Shown piece after piece: positions 1 through 10,879 of a stretch of 64,000 nucleotides of DNA (within the stretch, counting starts at the first letter, position 1; the number at the start of each line of letters is the position of its first letter). The DNA comes from Podarcis erhardii. Lineage: Eukaryota. Both the position numbers and the translations under genes were made by a program. The notes under the pieces are model-generated. The model searched no databases and had not been told where the DNA came from. It saw only the letters and a program-made list of their open reading frames with translations. Location of the stretch: assembly GCA_964252035.1 (NCBI GenBank), contig OZ176201.1; one strand, given 5' to 3'.

Positions 1-102
1 GCTGGAAGCTCAGATAGTGTCCTCTGCAGCTCTGACAGTCTAAGAGTCCCTCCACAGAGTTTGTGTAACTTCTAAAGATACTCCCATCAAACTTTGCCAG
101 TA

Positions 103-239
103 CAGTCATACCTCGGGTTACAGACGCTTCAGGTAGCGTTTTTTCAGGTTACGGACCTGCCAAAACCCGGATACCAGAATGCTGCGGGTTGTGAACGTGC
201 ATCCCGCACGGATCACATTCGCAGCCCGAGCGTCCACTG
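103..239. mobile_element. Short Tc1/pogo(Tigger)-type MITE, TA-flanked
   Basis: ta|CAGTCATACCTCGGGTT ... CCCGAGCGTCCACTG|ta; imperfect TIRs (about 12/19), TA on both sides; the head ACCTCGGGTTACAGACGCTTCAGGT overlaps sequence also found in the element at 34302. Confidence 0.7.
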
Positions 240-379
240 TACTGAATTCCTCCTTTGCCACAACACTGCCACAACCCACCCTCTCCGTGCTCCATGAGCT
301 TTTACAGGATATGTTCCCTGTGTTTGACTCAAAGCACGGGCCTTCCCTTACAGGAAGGGCTCAACCGAAGAGCCATGTG

Positions 380-537
380 CCTTGCTTGCAGAAGGAGCCA
401 ACCCACAGTATCTCCAAGTAGGCCTGGGAAAGACCTGGAAAGCCACTGCCAGACACTGTGGACAACCCTGAGCTGCATGGCCCATTGGTCTGGCTCAGTA
501 TAAGGCAGCTTCCTATGTCCCTTCCCATGTTCCCCAT
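380..537 (+). mobile_element. Squamate tRNA-derived SINE family A (degenerate)
   Basis: Body/tail CTGAGCTGCATGGCCCATTGGTCTGGCTCAGTATAAGGCAGCTTCCTATG is shared with copies at 14200, 26450, 26638 and 52558. Confidence 0.7.
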
Positions 538-562
538 ACGTCCAGACTCTTACTTAGGGTAC

Positions 563-1721
563 CTGTCTGATGCAAAAGGGTGCAGCACTGGCTCTCGCTT
601 ATCTCACATGCTTCGCTCTCCCCGGAGCTCTCTGGTGAGGGGGTTTGCAGCTCCATCGGGAGACTCTGATACCTGTCCTCTGCCTCTCCTGCACCGCTCA
701 CTTCGACCTCTGCTGCTGGTGCTTCCCTGTCAAAGTTCTGCAGAGTGGAGGAGCACAGGGACAGTTCTGGGGAGGCCACTTTGTTTTGAGGGGGTGTGGC
801 CGGATCAGGGGGAGAATCGTCAAGAAAGGAAAGCCAGAGACTGAGCTCAGGGTTGAGTCTTTTGGAGCGCCGCACGGCATAAATAAAGCTCTCCTGCTTG
901 CGGCCTGCCTTCCCAAAGGCCAGCTGGGGCCGCTTTGCACAGTCCTCCTCCTCCTCCGCAGGGCCGCCGGTCTCTTCCTTCACCTCGGGCTCCGCTTTGG
1001 GGCCCTGCCTGGGCTCCGTTTTCACCTCTGGTGGCATTCTGCCCGCGGACTTGCATGCCTCCGTGGATCCCCCAGCAGCCTCGGGTGGCGGAGCTCCTGG
1101 AGCCTTGGGTGGCTGCAACCTGGTCAAGGAGGCGTATGCAGGCTTGGCCAACCGGTATGGCTTGCTCACATCACATGGGAGGTCCCTGGCAAGCAGCTCC
1201 TTCAGGATGGAGAAGCTGGCTGCGGGGGCTCTGGGCTGCTTGCAGCCCGCTGAGAGGTGCCAAGAGCTGGGCGGGCAACTGTCCTTGCTGCAGAGCGGAG
1301 GCCGCTGCAGGGGGCAATCCGGCTTGGCCCTCTTGGAGGGGCTGTGGAAATGCTGGTGTCTCGCATCGGCAAGGTCTGTGGGGGGCAGCTTTCTGGGGGG
1401 AAGGCAGTAAGTGTGCATGTAGCGGATGAGCTCCACAGTAGCGTGCAGCTCCTTCTCTCCGGTGCCTTCCTCGGAGGAAGACGGCGGAGTCGCTGCCATG
1501 TTGCCGCAGGGCAGCAACTCTTCACCGGAGTCGCTGTCCTCTCCATGGTGGGCACAGTATCTCTGGGGCTCCGTGCCGCCACTGTGGCACTCGTCCGGCG
1601 GCCAGTTGTCCTTTGTGTGTGGGCAGTGGGCAGTGATGGAGGTGAGGTGCTTATGAAGCTCGGTGCAGCTCCGGCTCTGAGCCTGGAGAAAACTCGGCTT
1701 TCGGTCTCGGACACTGTCCAC
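563..1721 (-). CDS. PPARGC1B: PGC-1beta large coding exon 5 (386 codons + 1 nt; LKELL box at 1191-1205, RRSKRLNP basic motif at 849-872)
   Basis: Within ORF 513..1727(-): QSRSCTELHKHL, ELIRYMHTYCLPPRKLP, FSILKELLA, VRRSKRLNPEL are PGC-1beta hallmarks. Acceptor ctcttgaag|GTG at 1721; donor ACAG|gtaccc at 563 (phase 1, consistent with the recalled human exon 5 phase). An alternative same-phase donor exists at 554. Confidence 0.93.
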
Positions 1722-4700
1722 CTTCAAGAGCAGAGGGAAATGGAAGTTAGGCTAACCAAGAATGAGTTTCTTCACAGCCACACCATATACAGAGAGTCCT
1801 CATCTCCTCATCACATTCCATGTTTGGTGGTTACAGTAAGCAACTGCAGCAGATTTCTGTAGAAATGTTTACACCCCAGAAGATTTTATGGAATCAATAA
1901 TCTACTGTATATGAAGAACTATTCAGCCTCTTCTGTGGTTACCCTGGTAATTTATCAGTTACATTTCATTAATGCCTATAGGATCTGTCTGATTTAATTT
2001 TATAAAGCAACTACTTGTACTCTTTGTGTAACTTATTTGTTCTCACCTACTTTCAGAGAACTTGCAGAATCTGGCTTTTTCGTGTCAGATTCTAAGGTAG
2101 TAAATGAAGGGCCTAGCATCCAAGCCACTAAACTGTATTTGTCTTCTTCTTCTTCTTCCTCAGCAGTCATTTTTTTGGTAGCAAGCACCAATACTACTTT
2201 CCAGTAAAGGTTGATGCTTAATGCAAGCCTCACTCTGCCCTGTGTTTCAATTCCTGTTAAGCTGACTGAGCAAATACTGTGGGCATTTATCAGATGATGC
2301 CTTTGACACCACTAATAATGAGGGGAGCATTTGTTACCACCATGGTCAAGTAGGCCCTTGCCCTGCCTGAATCAGAGAAGAAAATGGATGATGAAAACTT
2401 ATCTACCTATGCATGGATCTCTGCTATCTCTCAGCACAAAGCCTATGGCATATGTACACAAGCTAAGTAATGGGAGGACATGCCCGTTCTTTAAGAATCA
2501 CATATAAGAGTCATCTGTGCACAACTTGAAGAGAAACAGTAAAAGCTGGGTGGAAGTTTAAATTGATTCCATCCTTATCCTCCTATGTTTGTGTATGTGT
2601 AAGTATAACAGAAGAATAGGAGGGATGTAACCTGTTGAGATGCAGAGCCTTGTTCCTTAGTGAATGCCCTGGGTAGGAGAAATCAAATGAAGATTTGGGG
2701 AAGCTGCTGGAAGCTAATGCAGGGTTTAAAGAACTGGGCAGGAGAGATGAGAAAGGAGAGGATGTATGTACACTTTCAACAGCTCCTTTCAAGAACTGCA
2801 CAGAGCAAGAGAGATCAAAGGGATTCTTCACACTCCTTGCATCAAATTTATTTCTAGCTGCTGTATGTGGCAAATAGTATTGATTTGCCTCCCCGTTCTT
2901 CCAGTTGGCATGGAAGGGTCACTGTCTCTTTCTCCACCCCCCCTCCCCACTTAGCCCTGCCTTTCCCTTGCAATCTAAATCCACTTGCCTAATGCACTGC
3001 ACAATTTCCATCACCCAAGTGGAAAATCTTTAATGGCATCTTGTGTGGATTTCAGGGGATTAGTTTAAATGACTGGACTGGTTCTGCAACTTTACGTGTA
3101 GCTCTTTGCCCAGCTAAAGTCAATTCAGTCAGCTGCTGGGAAGCTCCATTCTAATTTGGGGTCAAGGATGAGAGTGAGAGAGAAGAGGGGAAAGATCATC
3201 ATGACAAAATTTAAAGACGAAGGGAATCTGGGGAAAATAAAGAGGCTCTTTGTACACCGCACTCCAAAGGGCACACAGATGAAAGCCTTCTTGTTTTGAG
3301 AAGGCTCACTCTGATATCACTACCAGTGTCCTGTTTTTTCTCTCTCATCTCTCCTTTAACCCAGGTATGGCCAGCTTCTGTATTCATGGCTCTTTATTCC
3401 TGCTACACAACCCAAATTCCTCAAGGGTAGACAAACCGTACAAAACAGTGGATTCCACCTGTCAGTACTGGTCTCACAGTTTATGGAGCATGTCTGCCTG
3501 GACACCGTAGCTAGGGCACTACTACAGTGGCCCAGTGTGAGAGGACAGGGCTCCTGCAACATCCATAAATGTGCATGACAAGCTACACTGGCTGAAATTC
3601 CCTCTCCAGCACCACCATTAAAGGGCACAGGAGCCCAGATTTCTTTTGCATCTAGCTGCCCTAGCTGCTTTCTTCAAATCCCCACAGAGAGATATAAATA
3701 ATGAAAAGGTTTTTTTTTAAAAAATCCCTTGCCTCTTGATAAATTTAGAAAGAAAAATAAAATCTCTATGAGTGAGACTAGGGCAAGCTTTTTTAAACCA
3801 CCCCTTGATTAACATTTGGTATGTTCACAAGGGACTGCATAAAAATGCATGATGGCCTGTCAATGGATGACCTTTGGCTAAATAATAAAGATTTGATTAT
3901 CCAGGGTACCACCTCAATTTTAAAGGACAACAGTGACAGTAAAAAACCAGATTTAAGTCAACATGACCAAGATGCATTGTTTTTGCTTAAAGTAGTAAGC
4001 AAAGATCTTGCTTAGCTAGGCCAGGGTCCCATCATGCACCCTAAGTAGGGCTACTCCAATGGCTCACTTGGATGCTCCAGGTAGTGCAAGATGCAACTGA
4101 GTCACCTGCTGGCCCTCTGGTGCCCTTGCCCCAACAGCTGCTGTTAGTTCAAACTGCTCTGATGACACACATAGGTCACGGCCATCTCAGCCCAAGTTCC
4201 ACATGCATTCAATGGGAAATCAATGCCACCCTCACTTTGGGCAGCATGTCATGGGCTTTCAAGCCCCAACTTCTGAATGCATCTCAATTAAATGATCAAT
4301 GGAGGCTCTGATGTGCTTGAAGCACTGTGGCCAAACATGCACAAGAGGGCTTTTTTGACTGTGGCACCTTGGTTGCACAAAAGGCCTGCTTGTCTACCTC
4401 ACTGCTCACCTCCTGGCACACAACCAACCCCGGGCTTATTCAGGAAAGGTTGTGGGCTGATTAAGGCTGCAGTCCTATATACACTCATCTGGAAGTAAAT
4501 CCCACTTTCTGAGTAGACATCACCATGATTACACTGATAAGAGTGGCCATGGGAACTATTTTTGCCTGCTACAACTTTTTTTGTTGGTGAAAACATTGTC
4601 ACCACTTTCTGGTTTTATTGGTGAAGTTAAGCCGTTACTGCAAGCAACCTCAAGTGTTTTGAGGAGAGGCAAGACAGCAGTCATTTAACAAATAAATAAA

Positions 4701-4887
4701 AATTTACAAAACACTTCTAACAATACTGATGGGAGTGTGCCAGTGCTTACTAGGCCTTCCTAGACCATACTTCTTCTGTTTAAAATGGGAGGTGAGCTGT
4801 AATGTACAACTTGGATTTAATCTTGGGTAAATATAGTGCGGTGTGCTATCTTAGGGCAAAGGTTAGGGTTGCTAAGGCAAACAATAC

Positions 4888-5004
4888 CTTTGTACAGGGT
4901 CGCTGGGGTCTGGATTTGGGAGTTCCTTGACGCCATGTGCTCCCCTCTCTCTGAACCTCATAGCTTGGAGGCACATGGGATGGAGAAAGGAGCAACTTCT
5001 TCAG
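4888..5004 (-). CDS. PPARGC1B: PGC-1beta coding exon 4 (39 aa; LXXLL nuclear-receptor box LKKLL at 4990-5004)
   Basis: Translates LKKLLLSPSHVPPSYEVQREGSTWRQGTPKSRPQRPCTK (human LQKLLL...EGTAWRQ...QRPCVK). Acceptor ttccctttccag|CTG, donor AAG|gtattg; 117 nt, phase 0-0. Confidence 0.96.
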
Positions 5005-6159
5005 CTGGAAAGGGAAGCGGTGAAAGAAAGAGTCGGAATTCCTACATAAATGAACAGCCACGTCTGCTTAAATGATCCCAGGTCAACCCTCCTGCTCTCC
5101 TCTAAGCAGCTGGAGTGGAGATTCAGCCCCCGCCCCCCACAACATGAGTTATGGCAGCCACAGATGTTCGAAGAGTCACATGAATCAGGGTCATGGGGAG
5201 GCTCCAACACGCGCTGAGACTGAAAGCAAACAGGGGCTTGGAAAAGACCATTTCCAAATTTATTGCCTCCTGAGTTGGGTCTGGCTTGCAGTTCCAACTA
5301 GCATTGGATACTTACCAAGACCCAGCTCCATGGAGGCTCACTGCCTTGTTGTTAAAGCTCATCAAGGTGATGACAAAAATTCATTCATAGCTACGTGCAG
5401 CGAAAAAGCCTGCATGCGTGACCATCACACATGAGGATCTGCCTGCAGGTTTTGTGCCATTTTCCTACATGGAGGTGCTGTTCATGTAGCAATTATATAG
5501 CATATGAAGAATTCCAGAAAGAGCCGCACAAAAAACAAATCATTTTTGCAAAAAAAAACCCCAAACATCTTTCTGGAGAGCTCTTTGGCTGCAGGTATTA
5601 AAAGTTACTGCATAGGGGAGGGACAATGGCTTATCAACAATACTCATCGCATGTTATACAAAACATTTCACAATCCTTCTCTGGGTACTCCTCCTTAACG
5701 TCTCTGGAGTATCTTCCAGGGAAACCAAGGTGTGTGCCACTTACTACCAGCAGTAGTTGGCAGGGTGGCACAGGCAATGACTAATGTCACTGCTGCTTAC
5801 CATGGGGGGGGGAGGGAGGGAGGGAGGAGGGCACAGAGAGCTGAGTCTGGTGTGGGTGCAATGGCGGGAGCCAATCTGATGCTCCAGCCACCATGCCTAC
5901 ACCATGCTGAACTCTGCCTGCCCTGCCCGCCCCTCTCCATCTTAGCTCAGTGTCAGGAAGTCAGTTGTGTGGTGCTGCTCTGCCAACTGCTGCTACCTCT
6001 GTCACCTCCTCTAAGGAGGACCAGACCTGTCTTAGCACTGAATAATCAAATCAAGTCTGATTGTGCAAAATGAACATTCTGTTGCCATAATTAAACGGTA
6101 GGACACCATGTGTGGAGTAAGTGTCCCTCGATGGCAGAAACCCCCTAGGTACAGAGGAA

Positions 6160-6162
<3 letters not shown>

Positions 6163-6204
<42 letters not shown>
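6163..6204. repeat. (GT)21 microsatellite
   Basis: Direct reading. Confidence 0.97.
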
Positions 6205-6208
<4 letters not shown>

Positions 6209-6515
6209 ATAGGCAGGTCTGGGATTCTGCAAGCATGCTGCCTTCATGGTGTTTTAAGAATATTGGCAGCAGAGATTCAGGCACCTCTACTCCAGGCTCC
6301 TTTAAGTGAAAAGTTGGAGGGGGAGAGAGATAGCTCTTTGCAGTTTGAAGAATCATGGGTGTTGTTGAACTGGCTTCTAGATAGTGAGGTTAATTCCCAC
6401 CCACCCTTTAAACCCTGTGATATATTTTTTATGGGCATCCAATTTGTGCCAAGGAAGCAAGTGCATCAGCGCCTGAAAATCAATCAGTGGGATGTAACAT
6501 TCCAACATGGCCTTC

Positions 6516-6542
6516 GATTGATTGATTGATTGATTGATTGAT
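6516..6542. repeat. (GATT)6 microsatellite
   Basis: Direct reading. Confidence 0.95.
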
Positions 6543-8750
6543 CAGCTCGCCAAGTCTTTTGAAGATGCACGTTCTGTCCAAATGCCAAGTATTTACAAGG
6601 TTCTTTTTTTTAAAAAAATTAAATAAATATGGGACAAGTGCTATTTTAATCCCATCAAGGAAGTTGTGGGCAAAACAGCAGACTGAAAAATTATCTTGGG
6701 GTATCTGGTATCATGACCCAAATGTTCCTGATTACATGGTTAGAATATTTCAGTTTTGTTTTTTTTAAAAAGGGGGGAGGCGAGGTTTCACATTCCACAC
6801 TCTCACACTGAAGGCAACATGGGATCCGTTAACATTAATGCCAGATTTGACTCTTGTGGGAACGTGGCAGTCGGGGGAAATCTTCAAAGGCAGTCTGGAA
6901 ACTCAAAAAAGCTCTTTAACAATTAAGCGTACGATGGAGATTCAATCAGTCAGTTCCCACGGTCAAATGCCTGCTTTCTCCATCACAATATTAAGTGAAA
7001 ATTTCTGATGTCTGTGTGATATAATATATGCATCTGATATATATAAATGAAAAGTTTATTTCCTTCTCCCTTGCAACGTATACATCCTATATATACACAT
7101 ATGGATTTGTGTGATATATATATATATATCTATAAATATATAAATATTATACACCCACACACATGCACACTTTTGTGTGAAGTGAAAATGCCATACATTT
7201 CACCACTAGATGCCGCCAGAACACTTTTAGAAATCATGACATTCATTAATGACAGATAAGGGAGGGGAGAGGAGGGGGAATATAGAATGATAGGCAGGAG
7301 CCTGTGGGAACATACAGAGTCCTCTAAAACCAACACTCTTGTAGGATGATTTAGAGCATGGCCAAGTAACAGAAGGGTGGAGGGTCGAAGGCTCTGTAGC
7401 CTCCAGGTCTGGGCATGTGCTAAGTGAAAACAGGTTCTGAAAAAGTGACGTTCTCCGTGAAGACGCCATCCACAGTGCCCTCTTCCCCTTCCACCACTCC
7501 TTGCAAGTTTGCTAAGAAGGGATCTCTGAGAGAAACCACAGAGAACTCAGTATAGCTAGAACTTCAAGCTTCATCAAGCCCCCAAAATCCAGGAGTCACA
7601 GAAAGGGCGTTGTGCATTCTTCACTTCTGTGTATCCTCAAGGGAGCAGAGAGCAGGGCAGGGGCTGGAATATGGTTCTAGGCACAGAATTTGGCTTTCCA
7701 GAGAACCTCTGCAGTGTAAAGGCAAGCTTCAGGTTCTTGAAAGCGTGTGGGCAATACCAGATGAAATCTCAAAAGTGTGGGAAGTAACTCAACTTCTGGT
7801 TGTTGGCTGGGTAGGGGTGGTGGTAGTCCTAGTTCCTAGCCAAAGCAGAATAAAATTACGCCAAAGGAAAAATACACAGTCTGCTTGATTTGCATAATGC
7901 ATAGTGGTCATAGACTCCAGGTTTTCAGTTATTTATTTGGAAAACCTGGGCTAAGCTTTCAATTTGCTATACATGCAGAGATTTCTTTTCCATAAGTTTA
8001 TTCCGGATACCATGGTGCACAATACTGTTTCTTGGTTTTTAAAGCAATTAAATACTAATTTATTTGCTCATTTTCTCGTGTTCTTCTATTACGGAACACA
8101 GGGCAACCCAGCCACGGAGTGTTGTCTTTGTGTGTCTCTCCCCCCCCCCCCCCCGCTGCAGGCACTGACAAGACCCAGACCCTTCTAAGCTTCAGCAAGG
8201 TGATGCAGATACATTCAGCCCTGACCATAAGGGGATACAGCAGATCAGCGACACTAGCCAACCTCATAGCGGGGAGGGAGCTTTTCTCACGCCTCTGATC
8301 ATGCGAGGGATCGGCACTTGGAGACTTGGCGGCACAGAGAGTGGAGGGTGGGAGTGGGCGAGGAGGAACGGGGAGGGGGGGAATGTTGGGAAATGAGATA
8401 TATCAAAAAAGAGAAAGAAACAGCAGACAATGAGGCACCACTGGAGTGGGGCTTGTTTAAAGATGATTGCAGCTCTGGAATGCATCTGATGCCATTCACA
8501 CGCCTGACCCGCACTCGATTCCCCCTCCCCGCAACAGTCACACCCTTTCCCCCATGAGGATGGGAATGGAGTGAGAGCAATGGTGCAGCACATGTATACG
8601 TATACAATAACAGGTATATGCTTTTTGTATTGTTATAATTGTAAGCCTATAATGAAAAAATTCAGACCTTTGCTTCCTATCATACCCATGCAGCCGGCTT
8701 ATCAGAGGCGCATCCAAATCCACCTTAAACAGTAGGAAGTGGGTTCTTAC

Positions 8751-8963
8751 TAGAGACAGCTCATCAACCTCTGGGGCCAGAGGAGGCCCCCTCGGGAGAG
8801 GGGCGGCAGGTTTGGGAGAGGGGGTGAGTGACGTGCAGCCGCTGTTGGGCATGTCCCCCTCGTCCATAGGTCTGAAGGCGGCCAGGCCCATGTCGTCTCC
8901 CTGGATGTCATCCAGTGTCTCGGTGAGAGCCGCCAGCAGCGCTTCATTCTCGCTGTCAATAAT
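8751..8963 (-). CDS. PPARGC1B: PGC-1beta coding exon 3 (71 aa; LLAAL motif)
   Basis: Translates [30 protein letters not shown]...APEVDELSL (human [29 protein letters not shown]...APEVDELSL). Acceptor ccaccag|ATT, donor CTA|gtaaga; 213 nt, phase 0-0. Confidence 0.97.
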
Positions 8964-8985
8964 CTGGTGGGAGGAGTCAGAAGAA

Positions 8986-8997
8986 TGAGAAAGAGAG

Positions 8998-9039
<42 letters not shown>
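8986..9039. repeat. (AG)n/(AAAG) microsatellite just upstream of the exon 3 acceptor
   Basis: Direct reading; about (AG)18 at 9004-9039. Confidence 0.95.
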
Positions 9040-9044
<5 letters not shown>

Positions 9045-9150
9045 TACCCAATCAAAATGCCTCCTACAGGAGAACAACTCAAATCACATCACATGAAAGC
9101 ACAGGAAACACCATGCAGATGAAACCACTGAGGCTGAATATATCGCTATA

Positions 9151-9240
9151 CAGTGGTACCTCGGTTTAAGAACAGCCCTGTTTATAAACTATTCGGTTTA
9201 CAAACTCTGCAAAATCGGAAGTAGGGTCCCGGTTTAAGAT
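9151..9240 (+). mobile_element. Truncated Tc1/pogo(Tigger)-type MITE end
   Basis: ta|CAGTGGTACCTCGGTTTAAGAAC terminal sequence of the same superfamily as 34302-34504; the second TIR was not seen. Confidence 0.65.
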
Positions 9241-9244
9241 ACAT

Positions 9245-9355
9245 AGGGTTGTATCCAACGCTAGTCCCACTCAGAGCAGATCATGGACATGACTGACTTT
9301 CACCCATCAACTTGAATTTGTCTATTCTGAGCATCCTTTAATTGGATAGAACCCA
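9245..9355. mobile_element. Old palindromic non-autonomous element
   Basis: AGGGTTGTATCCAAC...CTCAGAGCAGA ... TCTATTCTGAG...TTGGATAGAACC, arms imperfectly reverse-complementary. Confidence 0.55.
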
Positions 9356-9422
9356 CATGGAGTTTATTAGAATCCAAAAGTAATAACACGCTTCCATTTG
9401 TACATCATCATATAGCATCCAT

Positions 9423-9571
9423 NNNNNNNNNNNNNNNNNNNNNNNNNNNNNNNNNNNNNNNNNNNNNNNNNNNNNNNNNNNNNNNNNNNNNNNNNNNNNN
9501 NNNNNNNNNNNNNNNNNNNNNNNNNNNNNNNNNNNNNNNNNNNNNNNNNNNNNNNNNNNNNNNNNNNNNNN
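9423..9571. other. Assembly gap (149 N)
   Basis: Run of N. Confidence 1.
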
Positions 9572-9929
9572 AGTTCTGAGAAGCCTTTAACAGTGTAACC
9601 CATCCATGAATATAATTTCCATCATTAAAGGTTTTATTTTTTAACAGCATTCACCTAGGTTTGTTGAGATATGATTTGATTTGGAGGTGAGCTTTATTTC
9701 TGCAAGAGCTGAAGATCTTATCTCTAGCTATATTTCTGCTTCCAAAAAGGGTTTATGTTGGAAGGATTTTGCTGTCTGACTTACGGCTGATGCACATTGT
9801 TCTTAAAAGAAAAAAAAAAACCTACAAATCCCTATCTTAAAATAACAGATGTCAGTGAGGATTCCCTGATTTTCCTGCAGACATTTCCCATCTTTGTTGT
9901 TTCTGGCCTACTTTGCATCCCAATTCTGC

Positions 9930-10160
9930 GGAGGTTTCCTTGGAAGCAAGTCCCATTGAGTTCAGTAAGACTTACTCTCAGGAAGGTATGCCTAGGATTG
10001 CAGCCTTAGAAATGTTTCAATCGATACAAATGGCACACTAAAGGAAGGCTGTAAGTTTAATGAGAGAACTGATCAACTACCACACTTGCAAGGGCTAAGC
10101 CCCATTGAACTCAATGGGATTCAGTTCTAAGGACGGTAAATACGCGTAGGACCATACTGT
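9930..10160. repeat. Two copies of an old palindromic repeat (CCCATTGA-AC-TCAATGGG core)
   Basis: AAGTCCCATTGAGTTCAGTAAGACTTACT near 9948 and CCCATTGAACTCAATGGG near 10101; related cores near 16060, 51750 (AGTCCCATGGGACT) and 60675 (TCCCACTGAACTCAGTGGGA). Confidence 0.6.
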
Positions 10161-10879
10161 ACAGCTTTGATCTCAGATCAAAATTTGCCCCTCCATTAGC
10201 TGCTGGGTCTGAAGCTGAAGGGTACAAACTTCACACAGACTGCACATGCATAGCTATCCCCCTCTTCTCTGTACTAAATTTGATAGGGAAAAACCCAACA
10301 ACTTACATCCAGCTTTTCCTCCCAGTTTATATCCATATCTATCAGATATTTTGCACTTGATGACAAAGTTATCTTTTAGCAATAAAAATCACAGGCAACT
10401 GAAGCACTCAGTTGGAATCAGTGGACACGATCCAACCACAGGCAGGTATTGTAAAATCTTGATTTCAATGAAAGAATTATATGCACATGCTCAAAACTCT
10501 GCCCCTTCAATCAGTGGGGCTTTAAAATTGCTTAACTTCAGCTGGGTTGTCCCCACTGTCTTACTGGGTTTTACTGGTATGTTTACAATCAGCCTGAAGC
10601 ACACAGGTTTATCACAGAAGCAGCTTCCCACGTGATTTGCCTTCCCGGTCACAATCACGCTGTAAAGGTTGTAGTAACTGGCCTTACTTTGGCTTGGGCT
10701 CCATACCAATGAATGATGGAATTGGTGAATTTGAGTGTCTAATGAAGAAATAACTCAATAGAGGGTGGAGCATAAGCTGACAGAGCCTATGGGGAAAACT
10801 CTAATCCACCCTGCATCTGTGAGAAGCTTGGGGTCACAGTCAACTAATTTGTTGCGCTAGTGGAAGCCAGGGCAGAGAT

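Noticed and set aside
1-562. PPARGC1B exon 6
   Set aside because: No short exon resembling the recalled human peptide (DSPRCLMLALSQ) with AG/GT boundaries; the interval is mostly a MITE and a SINE, so exon 6 lies left of the window.
458-1862. Long plus-strand and off-frame ORFs over exon 5 (645..1253, 898..1410, 935..1429, 1257..1862, 1202..1714)
   Set aside because: Stop-poor shadows of a GC-rich coding exon; no recognisable domains or independent splice structure.
8538-8750. Open frame continuing about 70 codons past the exon 3 donor (possible intron-retained truncated isoform)
   Set aside because: Roughly 3% chance per site and several exon ends were examined; the peptide is nondescript and the donor CTA|GTAAGA is adequate. 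RNA data would be needed.
9367-9650. ORFs spanning N runs (also 25060..25627) and ORFs through microsatellites
   Set aside because: Artefacts of assembly gaps and simple repeats.
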